This document shows, piece by piece, positions 50,574 through 64,000 of a stretch of DNA of 64,000 nt. Below the pieces are notes generated by a model. That model saw only the letters and a program-made list of their open reading frames with translations, made no database searches and was not told the origin of the DNA. This stretch comes from Paraspadella gotoi (lineage: Eukaryota > Animalia > Chaetognatha), in assembly GCA_051294375.1 (NCBI GenBank), contig CM119271.1:16714470-16778469 (forward strand). The letters are read 5' to 3'. Position 1 is the first letter of the stretch. The number at the start of each line of letters is the position of its first letter. The translations under genes were made by a program, and so were the position numbers.

Positions 50574-51083
50574 TACAAATGAAATGAGTTTTAATGGAAA
50601 AAAAAACAAAAAAATATATTTCCTTATTTGAACGCCAATTACTCATAAGTGGACGGGGCGATTGACTTGAAATTTTCTATGTGGGTAGGAAAAGTGTATG
50701 ATTAAACTGGAAATCAAGTTTCGATGGAATCGTCTGAGTGGAAATGAGTTTAAATGGAAAAAACAAAAAACAAGATATATTATGCAAGATGTATTAATTA
50801 ATCAAAAAATTAATCAGTTAATTAATCAATTAATCAATTAATCAATCATTTAATTATTCAATCAATCAATTTATTTAGTTATCTATTAATTAATTTTTCA
50901 ATCAATAAATTTAATTATTTAATCAATAAATCAATCAATCAAGTCAATCGTTATCGGCATTATTGTCGTCGTCGCCATCATCGTCGTCGTTGCTTTTGTC
51001 ATTGTCAGTGACGAAAAGACCTCAAACTTGTTAGTATTAGATTCCATCGGACGATCATCGTCATCATCATCATCGTCATCATC

Positions 51084-51141
<58 letters not shown>

Positions 51142-51448
51142 AAGAGCCCTCATTTTGTTTCCGCGCCCAACAATGAATAAATATAAAAACTGATGAACGA
51201 AAAGCTGAAAAAAGACTCAATTTAAATTTATATTTTATGAAAAGTTGTTTTGTGAATTAGTTTAGCGGATCTTTAAAAAAATATGCTTATTGTTGTTCTT
51301 GATTTCTGAACCGCGAATAGAAATTTCGCGAAGACGTGTGTTATTATCGTGTCAATTTTCATAGTCTCTTTCTTTCTCTCTCTCTCTCTCTTTCTCTCTC
51401 TCTCNNNNNNNNNNNNNNNNNNNNNNNNNCTCTTCCTCTCGTCTCTCG

Positions 51449-51482
<34 letters not shown>

Positions 51483-51544
51483 TTCGTCTCTCTCTCTCTC
51501 TCCTTTTTCTCACTCTTCCTCTCCCTCTCTCCGCGAATTCCTCC

Positions 51545-52556
51545 TCAGTTCCTCGTTTCCCAAGTCGTAGTCAATTCTGCCCGAACTGTAAGTCCGCGGG
51601 GGGCGGGGGGGGCAAAGGGCGACGGCGGTCAGAACTCACCTAGGACGCCGCCCGCGCCGCCGCCCAGCCGCCGCCGCCGCTAACATGCCGCGCCGCAGCC
51701 AGCCTCGTTGCGCGAAAAAGTTTAATTAGGGAATGCAGACCCCGGTCGCGCATATAAATGAGTGCGGCGCTGGGAGTAGAGAGAGAGGCAGGTGCCAAGG
51801 GGATAGCGGCGGGTGCCTGGGAGGAGGTAGGAGATGATGGAGAGAAAGAGAGGCAGGTGCCAGGGAGGAGAAAGCAGGTTGCCAAGGAGATAGTGACAGG
51901 TCCCAGGGAGGAGCGGTAAGACATGAATGGTGAGAAGAGAGCAGGTGACCGAGGAAGAGGAAGGTGCATTGAGAAGTGAAGGTACGATATAGGAAAGAAG
52001 ATGAGGAGGGTAGAAAGAAGGAGGAGGAGGAGGAGGAGGAGGAGGGCGAAAGGTCTGCCCTGTTTCGCTGAAAACGTCCACAGCCGAAAGGGCGATCCTC
52101 TCTCAGTCGTCTCTATATCATCTCTCCCTCTCTCTCTCTCCCGTTATCTATCTCTCTCTCTCCCTCTTTCTCTCCCTTAATTTCTCCCCTCGTCTCTCTC
52201 TCGTCTTTCCCTCTCTCTCCGTCTCTCTCTCGTCTCCGGTCCTCTCTCTCTCATCTCCATCTCTCCGTCATGCTCTAGTCTCTTCCCGTCTAGTCTCTTC
52301 TCCTGGGGGTCTCTGCTCCCTATATCTCTCTCTCTGCCTCCTCTATCTCTCCCTCTCCTTCTCTCTCTCTCCCTCTTTCTCCCTCTCTCTCTCTGGCTCT
52401 CTCTCTCTCGCCTCTCGTCTCTTCTCCCTCTCTCTCCCTCTCTTCTCTACTGCCTCTCTCTAATCTCTCCTCTGCCTCTCTCCCTCTCTCTCTGCCTCTC
52501 TGCCTCTCTCTCTCTCTGCTCTCTGCCTCATCTCCTCTCCTCTCTCTCTCTCTCTC

Positions 52557-52588
<32 letters not shown>

Positions 52589-53929
52589 GACCGCCAAAGA
52601 GACAAACAGCCCAAAGCCACGCCTCTCTCCCCTCTTGTGAGGTCGCAAGGAGTCGGGGTTTACAAGTTGCTCAACTTGAAAGGTTTCACTAAAAATTATT
52701 GTCACTTCTCTTAAACATTTATTTCTAGCTATTTAGTGAATTATTTTTCTTTCTCTCTTGAATTTATGCTTCTGATCCGTCAAATCAATTTTTTTTCATT
52801 GATTAAAATATTAAATATTAAATTATCATTATCTTGCCCCTGACTTTGGGACGTGGTTAAAGCATTTCATATACCTCTTTTCAAGTAGTTAGGACTCTTT
52901 CAATCCTGCTTTGCAAGCTTTTCGATCAATTAATAGGAAGTCTCGAAAATCCAGAAAGATGGAATCAAATGGAATCGAATGGAAACCGCACCGGATGGAA
53001 TCAAGCTTGAAAATAGATTAGTATTTTAAAGTCCGATTGATTATGTGTATACTTTTATTTTGGACACTTGAAACTATTTAATTAATTAATTAATTCTTTC
53101 TTTAACCTTTTCTGGCTGATAATGTCTTAAACTCTTACCAAGGTCCTTGCAGTAGTTTTTTCTTAAACTGACCGGTCGCCCACTCATATTCCTCGCCTCT
53201 TCTCTCTCTCTCTCTCATCTCTCTCGTCTCTCTCTCTTCTTTCCTCGTTTCCCAACTCGCCGCTACCAGCCCGCCGCAGCCAGCTCGTTGCGCGAAAAGT
53301 TAATTAGGGATGCAGACCCGGTCGCGCATATAAATGAGTGCGGCGCTGGGAGAGAGAGAGAGGCAGGTGCCAAGGGGATAGCGGCGGGTGCCTGGGAGGA
53401 GGTAGAGATGATGGAGAGAAGAGAGCAGGTGCCAGGGAGGAGAAAGCAGGTGCCAAGGAGATAGTGACAGGTCCCAGGGAGGAGGTAGACATGATGGTGA
53501 GAAGAGAGCAGGTGCCAGGAAGGAGGTGCATTGAGAAGTGAAGGTACGATATAGAAAGAAGATGAGGAGGAGAAGAAGGAGGAGGAGGAGGAGGAGGAGG
53601 AGGGCGAAAGGTCTCCCTGTTCGCTGAAAACGTCACAGCCGAAAAGGGCGACTCTCTCTCTCTCTCTATATCTCTCTCCCTCTCTCTCTCTCCCGTTATC
53701 TATCTCTCTCTCTCCCTCTTTCTCTCCCTTAATTTCTCCCCTCGTCTCTCTCTCGTCTTTCCCTCTCTCTCCGTCTCTCTCTCGTCTCCGGTCCTCTCTC
53801 TCTCATCTCCATCTCTCCGTCATGCTCTAGTCTCTTCCCGTCTAGTCTCTTCTCCTGGGGGTCTCTGCTCCCTATATCTCTCTCTCTCTTCCTTCTCCTC
53901 TCGCCTCCTCCTTATCTCTCCCTCTCTCT

Positions 53930-53967
<38 letters not shown>

Positions 53968-54742
53968 CTTTCTCTCTGCTCTCTCTACTTCTCTCCTCTC
54001 TCTCTTCTTTCCCTCTCTCTCTCCTCTCTTCTCTATCCTCTCTCTAATCTCTCCTCTCCTCTCTCTCCTCTCTCTCTGCCTCTCTGCCTCTCTCTGCTCT
54101 CTCTCTCTTCCTCTCTCTCTCTCCTCTCTCCTCTCTGCTCTCCTCTCCTTCTCTCTCCCTCTCTCTCTCTCTCTCTCTTGACCGCCAAAGAGACAAACAG
54201 CCCAAAGCCACGCCTCTCTCCCCTTTGAGGTCGCAGGAGTCGGTTTACAAGTTGCTCACATCTTAAAGTTTCACTAAAAATTATTGTCAACTTCTCTTAA
54301 CATTTATTTCTCTATTTAGTGAATTATTTTCTTTCTCTCTTGAATTTATGCTTCTGATCCGTCAATCAATTTTTTTCAATTGATTAAATATTAAATATTA
54401 AATTATCAATTATCTTGCCCCTGACTTTGGACGTGTTAAAGCTTTCATTCCTCTTTCAAGTAGTAGGACTCTTTCAAGCTTTTGCAAGCTTTTCGATCAT
54501 TATAGGAAGTCTCGAAATCCAGAAAGATGGAATCAAATGGAATCGAATGGAACCGCACCGAAATGGAATCAAGCTTGAAAATAGTTATTTAAAGTCCGAT
54601 TGGATTATGTTGTATACTTTTATTTTGACACTTGAAACTATTTAATTAATTAATTAATTTCTTTCTTTACTTTTCTGACTGATAATTCTTAAACTCTACC
54701 AAGGTCCTTGCAAGTAGTTTTTCTTAAACTGACCGGTCGCCA
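51545..54742 (+). repeat. Tandem direct duplication, ~1.5 kb (51545-53180 and 53240-54742)
   Basis: Same sequence twice, differing mostly by indels. Confidence 0.9.
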
Positions 54743-54775
54743 CCTTCCTCCCTCTCTCTCTCTCTCGTCTCTTCT

Positions 54776-54809
<34 letters not shown>

Positions 54810-55538
54810 CTCCTTTATCTCTCTCTCTCTCTCTCTCTTCTTTTCTCTTTCCCACAAAGAAAGTAAAATCACACCTTGTCATCCACCTTTCTCCTCCTCC
54901 TCCTCCTCCTCCTCCTCCCTCCTTTTTTTCCTTTCCTTTCCTTTCCTTTTCCTTTCCTTTCCTCTCCTTTCCTTTCCTTTCCTTTCTTTTCCTCTCCTCC
55001 CTTTTTCTTTCCTCAGATTGATCACCAAACCGGCTGCCGAATTCGTACCCAAGTATTTTTCCATCGCGTCCTTGGGTCCAACCGAATTTTTTTTTATCCC
55101 CAATTCATATCACCAGTTTATATCCCCGTTTTATTCTCATTTTATCTCATCGTTTTTATTATCCGCAACACAAGGACAAAAATGCGTTTAACTCGGGTAA
55201 TTTTTCATCAATTTGGTTAATATTTGGTATAAAATAAGATCTTTAATTTGTACTTGTGAAGTTATATATAAGTTATATATAAGTTATATTATCACATTAA
55301 AGAGCGATCTCATGATTCTAGAAACGAAATCGGATCAACGAGGCATCGGCCAATAAGCAGATGGGCTTCCTTTCGCCTGTTAATTTTACCCTTACCTCCG
55401 ATCCGATGGAACCGTATAAAAGAGAACCCGAAATTGTATTGATTCACTCTGCCCAAAAAAAATGACACCGTTTTGTATTATCGTTTATTTTTCTGAAGAA
55501 ATAAAATCCACTTTGGTTTCGCCTAGAAATCCCTGTAG

Positions 55539-55679
55539 GGTGGACTAAAATCCACCAACCGTTCATCAGCGGTCATTGGTGCCGGAGGAAAGTCATTCGC
55601 CTCCCAACCCAAAGGTGCGCCAAGCAGTTAAGAGGGACGGGGCGCTTAACCCGCCTGTAACACGGTGTTACAGCCTGAT
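55539..55679 (+). mobile_element. Family C copy
   Basis: ggtggactaaaatccacc...aagcagttaagagggacggggcgcttaacccgcctgtaacacggtgttacagcctgat. Confidence 0.75.
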
Positions 55680-56496
55680 TTCTACTGGTACGATTCCATT
55701 GAAACTTGATTTACACTTGATTTCCACTGGTACGATTCCATTGAAACTTGATTTCCAGCATAATCACCTTCTTCTCGATCATATGATCAATTGTCCCGTC
55801 CACACATGAGTAATTGGCGTTAAAAGCCAAGGTCGGACGGACGGACGGACGGATTGACGGCTGGACGGACGAACTGATATCAATTTGATCATAATTCCAA
55901 GATCTGACAAGCTTTTGTGCTGGGACCGACCGATTAAAAACGAAATTCCGATGCAGTGCATGTAATAAATCATGTGATCACCCGGAAATATATGTGAAAA
56001 AAAGTCTGTGGCACAACAGACTTTGGGATTTCCCTTCTTGTGTTTTTACGGTTTTTATGTTCAGGTTTAAGGAAAATGAACTTTTTTGGTGCGGAGGAGA
56101 AAGTAATACGAGGCACAAACTTGTTGGCGTAGAGCCAACGCCATATTGGCAAGAGGCCAACAGGCCAACAGGCCGAATGAACACGTAGAGAAAAGCAGGC
56201 CACGGGGCTGATTGTACAATGAACAAGCATTGCAGAAGGACAAAGCCAATAAAGACAATGAAAACAACAGCTTCAATAAAGAGCACGACGACAATAATAA
56301 CGACGACGACAAGGACGAGGACAACAACGACTACAACGACGACGACGACAACGACAACGACAACGACGACAACGACAACGACGACAACGACAACGACGAC
56401 AACGACGACGACCTCTTAAACTGAAGAATCGTCTCCCTTGTTTTTATCAGGTGATAAAATCTGGAGAAAGAGAAGGGAAAATAATAGGCCGTTCGC

Positions 56497-56838
56497 GCGG
56501 TGCCAGATTGCGGTGCCAGATTGTGAAGTCAGATTGAGGAGCCAGATTGTGAAGTCAGATTGGCAAGCAAGATTTCAGGGCCAGATTGCGGATTCAGATT
56601 ACGGTGCCAGATTGCGGTGCCATATTACGTTGCCAGATTGCGGATTCAGATTACGGTGCCAGATTGCGGTGCAAGATTGCGAAGTAAAATTGTGGAGCTA
56701 GATTGCAGTGGCAGATTGCAAAGCCAGATTGCGGTGCCATATTACGGTGCCAGATTGCAGAGCCAGATTGCAGAGCCATATTGCAGAGCCCGATTGCAGT
56801 CAAAGATTGCGAAGCCATTCTGATTCGGTCAGATTGCT
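56497..56838 (+). repeat. 13-bp minisatellite GCCAGATTGCGGT (mirror 58990-59290)
   Basis: Unit read directly from the sequence. Confidence 0.9.
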
Positions 56839-56995
56839 TCAAATTAAGTCGCNNNNNNNNNNNNNNNNNNNNNNNNNTAAACTGCGGCGCTAAACCTTTG
56901 CGGACCTGAGTTGAGGAAGCGCAGTCCTTTGCATTCATCGTCGTTATTATGATAAACGCAATCTTTGGATGCTGGAGGGCTTGTCTCTGTCGTGA

Positions 56996-57031
<36 letters not shown>

Positions 57032-57480
57032 AGAGAGAAGAGAGAGAGAGAGAGAAGAGAGAAGAGAGCGTCTTGCGCCGCCCTCTTTTAATCTCATTGC
57101 TTCCTCCATTTCTTAAACTCTCTCTACGCTCCTCCCCTCTCTTTCTCTCTTCTCTACAGTCCGCTCTCTCCTCCCTCTCCCTCTCTCTCATCTCCTCCGC
57201 ATTCTGGCTTATTTAAGACTTCAATCGTCTCTTTTTTTTTCCGTTTATTTGTCTCATAAAAATCACTAAAAACATTTGGAATCGGAATTCGACTGGGAAA
57301 GCGCTAGGGTCTCTGCTCTCATCTCTCTCTCTCTCTCTCTCTTCTCCTCCTCTCTCTCTTTCTCTCATCTCTCTCTCTCCTCTCTCTTTCTCTCCTCTCT
57401 CTCTTTCTCTCCCTCTCCCTTCTCTCTCTCCTTCTCTCTTCCTCCTCTTCTCTCCTCTCTCTTTCTCTCTCTCCACTTTT

Positions 57481-57511
<31 letters not shown>

Positions 57512-57761
57512 TCTCCTCATCTCTCCTCTCATTCGATCTCATCCTCTCTCATTCTCTCTCTCTCACTCGCGATTTTTTATGGGTTTATCCGCCCCGGAAA
57601 TCGGTGACCGCCTCCAACGGACCAGATCGACTTTCCGTCACTTTTTTTCCCTTATTTTCTTTTTTTCCTTTTTCTTCCCTTTTGTTTCTTTTATTTCTAT
57701 TTAATTTTTTATTCACAGCTTATTATTCAGTAATTTCACATTGTGAGATGCGTTTCTATGT

Positions 57762-57804
<43 letters not shown>

Positions 57805-58369
57805 GAGGGCTTTAATCAGGTAGATTTAAAACGCTAAAATTCGTTACGCAAAAAGGCCCAATCGTCTAAATCACGTTTTTTCGAGATCCAAATTGGAAAC
57901 GAGAGGAAAGATTTTTTTTCTGCGTTCCTCCAATCAGGAAGAGGCAAAGAGAAGAGGAGGAGGAGGAGAGGAGGAGGAGGAGGAGATAAAGAGAAATTAC
58001 AGAATTAAGAAATAAAAGAAATTTTATGTATAGAACGAATTAAGCATGTATAACTGAAAATGTGACTTATGGTTCAGTTCACTTTATTTTTCGTCCTTTA
58101 CTAAATAGAGGTGACAATGAAGACGATGACGACAAACAGCGAAATGGCCGATAAGGCTTTTATGTTTGGCGGAATAAGAGACAGAGAGAGGGAAGAGAGT
58201 GAACTTGAATCAATTTAAAATTATGCTTAAATGGATTAATTAAATATGAAATATTGCCGTTTGTACTTTCAATCTCAGAAGAGGAAAGATACAATGGAGA
58301 AAGAAAAGCACTAAACAGCCGGCATACCGGCTGTTTTAGTATTTCTCAGATAGAGAGAGAGAGAATGAG

Positions 58370-58441
<72 letters not shown>

Positions 58442-61312
58442 GAGAGAGGAGAGAGAAAAAGAAAGAGAGAAGAAAGAGAGAGAGAGAGATGGAGGAGAGA
58501 GAGACGCCATGCGTTTTCCGCAGTCGAAATGTCGGCGATTCCAAATGTTGTTTTAGTGATTTTTAATGAGACAAATAAACGGAAAAAAAAGAGACGATGA
58601 AGTCTTAAAAAGAGATGGGAGGGAGAGAGAGAGAGGGAGAAGGGAGAAGAGAGGGAATGTAGAGAAGAGAGAAAGAGCAGGGAGGAGGTAGAGGAGAGTA
58701 AGAAAATGGAGGAGAAGCGGCATGAGATAAAAGAGGGCGGGGAAGACAGCTCTCTCGTTCTCTCTCTTCTCCTCTCTCTTCTCTCTCTCCTCTCTCTCTC
58801 TCTCTCTACTCTCTCTCTTCTCGTCTCTTCACAGACAGAGACAAGCGCCTTCCAGCATCAAAAGATGCGTTTATCCATAAATAACGACGATGATGCAAAA
58901 GGACTGCGTTCCTCAACTCAGGTTCCGCAAAGTGTTTAGCGCCGGCAGTTTAGCGACTTAATTTGAAGCCAATCTGAACCGAAATCAGAATGGCTTCGCA
59001 ATCTTTACGGCAATCTGGCTCTGCAATCTGGCTTGCAATCTGACTTCTGCAATCTGGCAGCCGCAAATATGGCATCACAATCTGGCTTTGGCAAATCTGC
59101 CACTGCAATCTAGCTCCACAATTTTACTTCGTAATCTTGCACCGCAATCTGGCACCGTATCTGATCGCAATCCTGGCAACGTAATCTGGCACCGTAGCAA
59201 TCTGCTACCCTAATCTGAATCCGAATCTGGCCCAGAAATCTTGCTTGCCAATCTGACTTCACAAATCTGGCACCGCAATCTGGCACCGCGCGAACGGGCT
59301 ATTAATTTTCGCCCATTTCTCTTTCTCCCAATTTTATCACCTGATAAAAACAAGGGAGACGTTCTTCAAGTTTAAGAGGTCGTCGTCGTTGTCGTGTCGT
59401 CGTTGTCGTTGTCGTTGTTGTCGTAGTTGTCGTTGTCGTCGTTGTGTTGTCGTCGTCGTTGGTCGTTGGGTTTCCCCCGTCGGGTCGTCCCCCCCGTTTT
59501 GGTTCCCGGCCCGGGTCCGTCGGGTGTGTCCGGGGGTCCCCGTTCCCCGTTCCCCGTTTGTCGTCGTTGTCGTCGTCGTCGTTGTTGTTGTCGTCGTTGT
59601 CGTTGTCGTCGTTGTCGTTGTCGTTGTCCGTTGTCGTCGTTGTCGTGCGTCGTTGTCGTCGTCGTCGTTGTTGTTGTCGTCTTGTTGTCGTGGTTGTCGT
59701 TGTCTGTCGTTGTCGTCCGTCGTCGCTGTTGTCGTCGTCGTTGTAGTCGTTGTTGTCTTCGTCTTCGTGCGTCGTCGTTATTATTGTCGCCGTGCTCTTT
59801 ATTGAAGCTGTTGGTTTTCATTGTATTATTGGCTTTGTCCTTCTGCAATGCTTGTTCATTGTAACAAATCAGCCCGCGTGGCCATGCTTTTCTTCTACGC
59901 GTTCATTCCGCCTGTTGGCCTCTTGCGCATATGGCGTTGGCTCTAACGCCAAATAAGTTTGTGCCTCGTATTACTTTCTCTCCGCAAACCAAAAAGTTCA
60001 TTTTCCTTAACCTGAACATAAAACCGTAAACACAAGAAAGGGAAATCCAAAAGTCAAGTTTGTGCCACAGACTTTTTTTAACTTATATCTCCGGGTGATC
60101 ACATGATTTATTACATGCACTGCATCGAATTTCGTTTTTTAATCGGTCGGTCCCACCACAAAAGCTTGTCAGATCTGGAATTATGAATCAAATTGATATC
60201 AGTTCGTCGCGTCCAGCGTCATCCGTCCGTCCGTCCGTCCGACCTTGGCTTTTTAACGCCAATTACTCATGTGTGGACGGGACATATTGATCATATGATC
60301 GAGAAGAAGGTGAATTATGCTGGAAATCAAGTTTCAATGGAAATCGTACCAGTGGAAATCAAGTGTAAATCAAGTTTCAATGGAATCGTACCAGTAGAAA
60401 TCAGGCTTGTAACAACCATGTTAGCAGGCGGGTTAAGCGCCCCCTCCCTCTTAACTGCTAGCGCCCTTTGGGTTGGGAGGCGAATGACTTTCCTACGCAC
60501 CAATGACCGCTTGATGAACGGTTGGTGGATTTTAAGTCCACCTACAGGGATTTCTAGGCGGAAAGCAAAGTGGATTTTATTTCTTCAGAAAAATAAAAGC
60601 GATAATACAAAACGGTTCATTTTTTTGGGCAAGAGTGAAATGCAATACATTTCGGGTTCTCTTTTATACGGTTCCATCGGTAAGGGTAAAATTTACAGGC
60701 GAGGAAGCTCTTCTGCTTTTTGGCCGATGCCTCGTTGATCCGATTCGTTCTAGAATGCATGAGATCGCTTTTTAATGTGATAATATAACTTATGATGAAT
60801 TGGTAGGCAACCAATATATATATATATACTTATATATAACTTCAGAAGTAGCAAAATTAAAAGATCTTATTTTATAGCCAAATATGAACCAAATTGAATG
60901 AAAAATTACCCGAGTTAAACGCAATTTTTGTCCTTGTGTTGCGGATTATAAAAATTGTAAAGCCAGATTGGGATAAAACGATGAATAAAATGAGAATAAA
61001 ACGGTTTGATAAAAACTGCTGATATGTTCTGGGGATAAAAAAAAATTCCGTTGGACCAAAGGACGCGAATGGAAAAATACTTGGGTAGCGAAATTCGGGC
61101 AGCCGGTTTGGTGATCAATGCTGAGGAAAGAAAAAGAGAGGAAAGGAAAGGAAAGGAAGGAAAGGAAGAAAGGAAAGGAAAGGAAAGGAAAGGAAAGGAA
61201 AAGAAAGGAAAAGAAAGGAAAGGAGGAGGAGGAGGAGAGGAGGAGAAAAGGTTGGATGAAGGTGGTGTTTACTTTCTTCGTTTGGGAATAGAAAAGAGAG
61301 AAGAAGTAGAGA

Positions 61313-61369
<57 letters not shown>

Positions 61370-62999
61370 AAAGAGAGAGAGGAGAGAGAGAGAGAGAGGG
61401 AGGTGGCCGACCGGTCAGTTTAAGAACAAGTTTGAGCAACAATGTCGATCTGCCTACGATAATTAATTAATTAATTAATTAATTAATAGATTAATTATTA
61501 ATTAATTAATAGATTAATTATAATTTTTATATTCAGCCTTGTTCATCTCGATGTCTTAAAATTGAGTCAGGACAGTTATTAAATGTTTGTTTACATTTTA
61601 TCAAAACACATATCCTCTATTATCGAGCCAGGCGGGCAAAGCCCGTCCTCGTCTAAGATTTTTTTTCCGGTTTCGCTTTGCGGTATCGCTTTTTGGGCAT
61701 CATGGCTTCTGAAAGTTGTGATATCATAGGGAAGTTGAATTTTCATATATGGCTTCTAATCATCAAAGAATCTTAAAATTCTCATGTTTCATATCAATAT
61801 TGGTATTTGTTTTATTTTTATTTACAAAAAAACGTTTTTAAATTATATGTCGCTCTATCTGCTCTCTTTTTCTCCGTCACTGCTTCTCTAATGATTCGCG
61901 GCTCTGCAGCGTCTGTCAGCTTCTTTCTCACTTCTCCTCTCTCTCCTCTCTCCTCTCTCTCTCTCTCTTTTTTTTTAAGCAAAAAAATTTTTTAGATATA
62001 ATGTGGGTTCAATTCTAATGTAAAAACCGAAATGCCGCGAAACAGGGCGGCAGAACCCGGGTCCTTTGGGTAGAGAATAGGCTCACGCTAACTTGCGGCG
62101 CATAAGTACTGCTGATTCCTTTAACGTATATATTTGGGGGGCGCTGTACGAGCCTTCTCCTTCTCTCTCTTTTAATATTATATATCGGCTTCTTATCCCT
62201 CTTCTCTTTTTCCTCTCTGCAGCGGCTGTCTCTCTCTCTCTCTCTCTTCTTCTCCTCTCTCTGTCTCTTGTCTCTCTCTGGTGTCTGTCCTATCCTGTAC
62301 GATCTTTTGGCGTGATCGTTTGTTTTTTGAATTCTGATTATTTTTTTTCCTTCTAAAACTTTTTATTTTGGCCATTTATTCCGGCGCCTTTTTTTCATAA
62401 AATCCATATTTCATCGAGAGTTTTCGGTGGGAATCTTATTCTCCTTTCTTGATCTCATCTCCTCTCTCTCTCTCTCCTGCGTTCTCTTTTCTCCGTCTCC
62501 TTCTCGAGTCGGAGTCTCTCATCTCTCTCTCTCTCTTTCACTCATTACTACGCTGTTTGTTTTATTGACTAATCATCGCATCACTGAATGACTATCATCA
62601 CAGCAGTGAATGACTATCACGCATCAATAATTGATTATCATCGAATCAATCAATCAATTCCTATTACATCATAAATTAACTATTACATCAATCAATTAGT
62701 ATACCTCAATCATTACTAGTACATCACATCGTTACTCGCATGATTCATTCGTTTTTTTTTCCCGGTTTTTTCATTAATTTTCTATGATAGTGGGCTCTGG
62801 CGCGATCTTGTAGTCTTTTAAAGATTTTTTTATATTTATGTCTCCTTCTCGCCCCCTCTCTTCCTCTCTCACCTCTCTCTCTTTCTCTCTCGAGTCTCTC
62901 TTCTCTCCTCTCTCCGTCTCTTTCTCTGCCTCAAAATTTCATCTCAAATTCTATCATGGGTTAAATAAATAAAAGATTCAAGTAAATGTGACTCAATAT

Positions 63000-63690
63000 T
63001 TCTTTTCATTAAACCATTTCCACTGGTAGTTTCCACTGACTTAATTCAAGCTTCGTCATACTTTTCCCTACCACAACCAAATTTCAACTCAATTATCCAT
63101 CCAATTATGATTAATTGAGTATTATTGGTTAAAATAGTAAAGTATTTTCAGTGAAATTCGACTATGTTTTTTCCTTTACTAATTTCCACTCACACGATTC
63201 CAGTCGAAATTTTATTCACTTAATCACACACTTCCTACCACACCACAAATTTAATTCAATCCAACCAGCCAATACGAGTTATTGGAGCCTTTTTGCTAAA
63301 GATGGGTCGGATGACGGATTGATTGACTATTAATTATTATTGTTAATTATGTTTACTATAATTGATTCTAATTAACTGATTAATTATTTTGATTTTTATA
63401 CATCTGCAGATCATTTAATATAAAGGAAAAGAAGCATAATCAATTAGTAAACAGTTTTGTTTTTTTTCATTAAACTCATTTCCACTCAAACTATCCAGTC
63501 GAACTTGATTTCCTGTTATCACACATTTCCTACCCGCTACAATTCCAGGTCATCAGCCCAATCCTCTCATGAGCATTTGGTGTTCATCATAGTGAATATA
63601 TTTTTTTTGTTTTTTCCATTTTAACTCATTTCCACTCGGACGATTCCATCGAAACTTACATATCCAGCCTCAATTCCACACTACCTATCC
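63000..63690. mobile_element. Family B core, several partial tandem copies (matching left end at 61423-61530)
   Basis: Repeated actcatttccactc..cgattccatcgaaact blocks. Confidence 0.55.
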
Positions 63691-63908
63691 ACACTCTCTC
63701 TCTCTCTCTCTCTCACTCGCGATTTTTTATGGGATTTATCCCCCCGGAAATCGGTGAACCATTCAACGGACCAGATCGACTTTCCGTCACTTTTTTTTCC
63801 TTATTTTTCTTTTTTTCCTTTTTCTTCCTTTTTGTTTCTTTTATTTCTATTTAATTTTTTATTCACAGCTTAATTATTCAGTAATTCACATTGTGAGATG
63901 CGTTTCTA

Positions 63909-63945
<37 letters not shown>

Positions 63946-64000
63946 GAGGGCTTTAATCAGGTAAGATTAAAACGTAAAATTCGTTACGCAAAAAGGCCCA

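Larger units (their letters stand above)
49886..51032. mobile_element. Family B copy, opposite orientation, with nested family D insertion
   Basis: gtcgtatctgcttatcagcagattccgac at one end, ctcaaacttgtt at the other; core shared with 48103-48840. Confidence 0.65.
54722..61426. repeat. ~6.7-kb inverted duplication (arms ~54722-57560 and ~58345-61426)
   Basis: ttcttaaactgaccggtcg mirrored as cgaccggtcagtttaagaa; 13-bp satellite, (GAC/AAC)n and family B/C copies are mirrored. Confidence 0.92.

Noticed and set aside
62030-62110. tRNA gene on the minus strand
   Set aside because: Only a partial T-arm-like ccgggttc in low-quality sequence, with no cloverleaf; at most a SINE relic.

Overview
AT-rich, (GA/TC)n-saturated metazoan genomic DNA from an error-prone long-read assembly: N gaps, indel-rich stretches, two large fold-back duplications and a tandem duplication that look like amplification or read chimeras. 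Most entries in the ORF track are microsatellite read-throughs. One gene could be reconstructed by hand: a 9-exon, 383-aa glycine-receptor-like Cys-loop anion channel subunit (minus strand, 26177..20873). Its glycine-site residues are conserved but its M2 pore helix is strongly atypical. A frameshifted copy of exons 1-5 lies in the mirror arm of a ~16-kb palindrome. A frameshift-riddled class A peptide-type GPCR is probably present at ~1750-5850 (minus). The main discovery is that three different interspersed repeat families carry a circularly permuted (type-P5) twister ribozyme fold with covariation in T1, T2, P2 and P5. In all three the P1 stem is replaced by a 5-nt linker holding a self-complementary tetramer (GGCC or GCGC), suggesting natural P1-less or dimer-dependent twisters. 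One intact copy lies in sense orientation in intron 5 of the channel gene, in the loop of a ~120-bp inverted repeat ending 4 nt from the 3' splice site. Other features: Helentron/DINE-like non-autonomous elements, MITE-like foldbacks, several minisatellites and a perfect RFX X-box. All calls were made by eye; no searches or folding programs were run.
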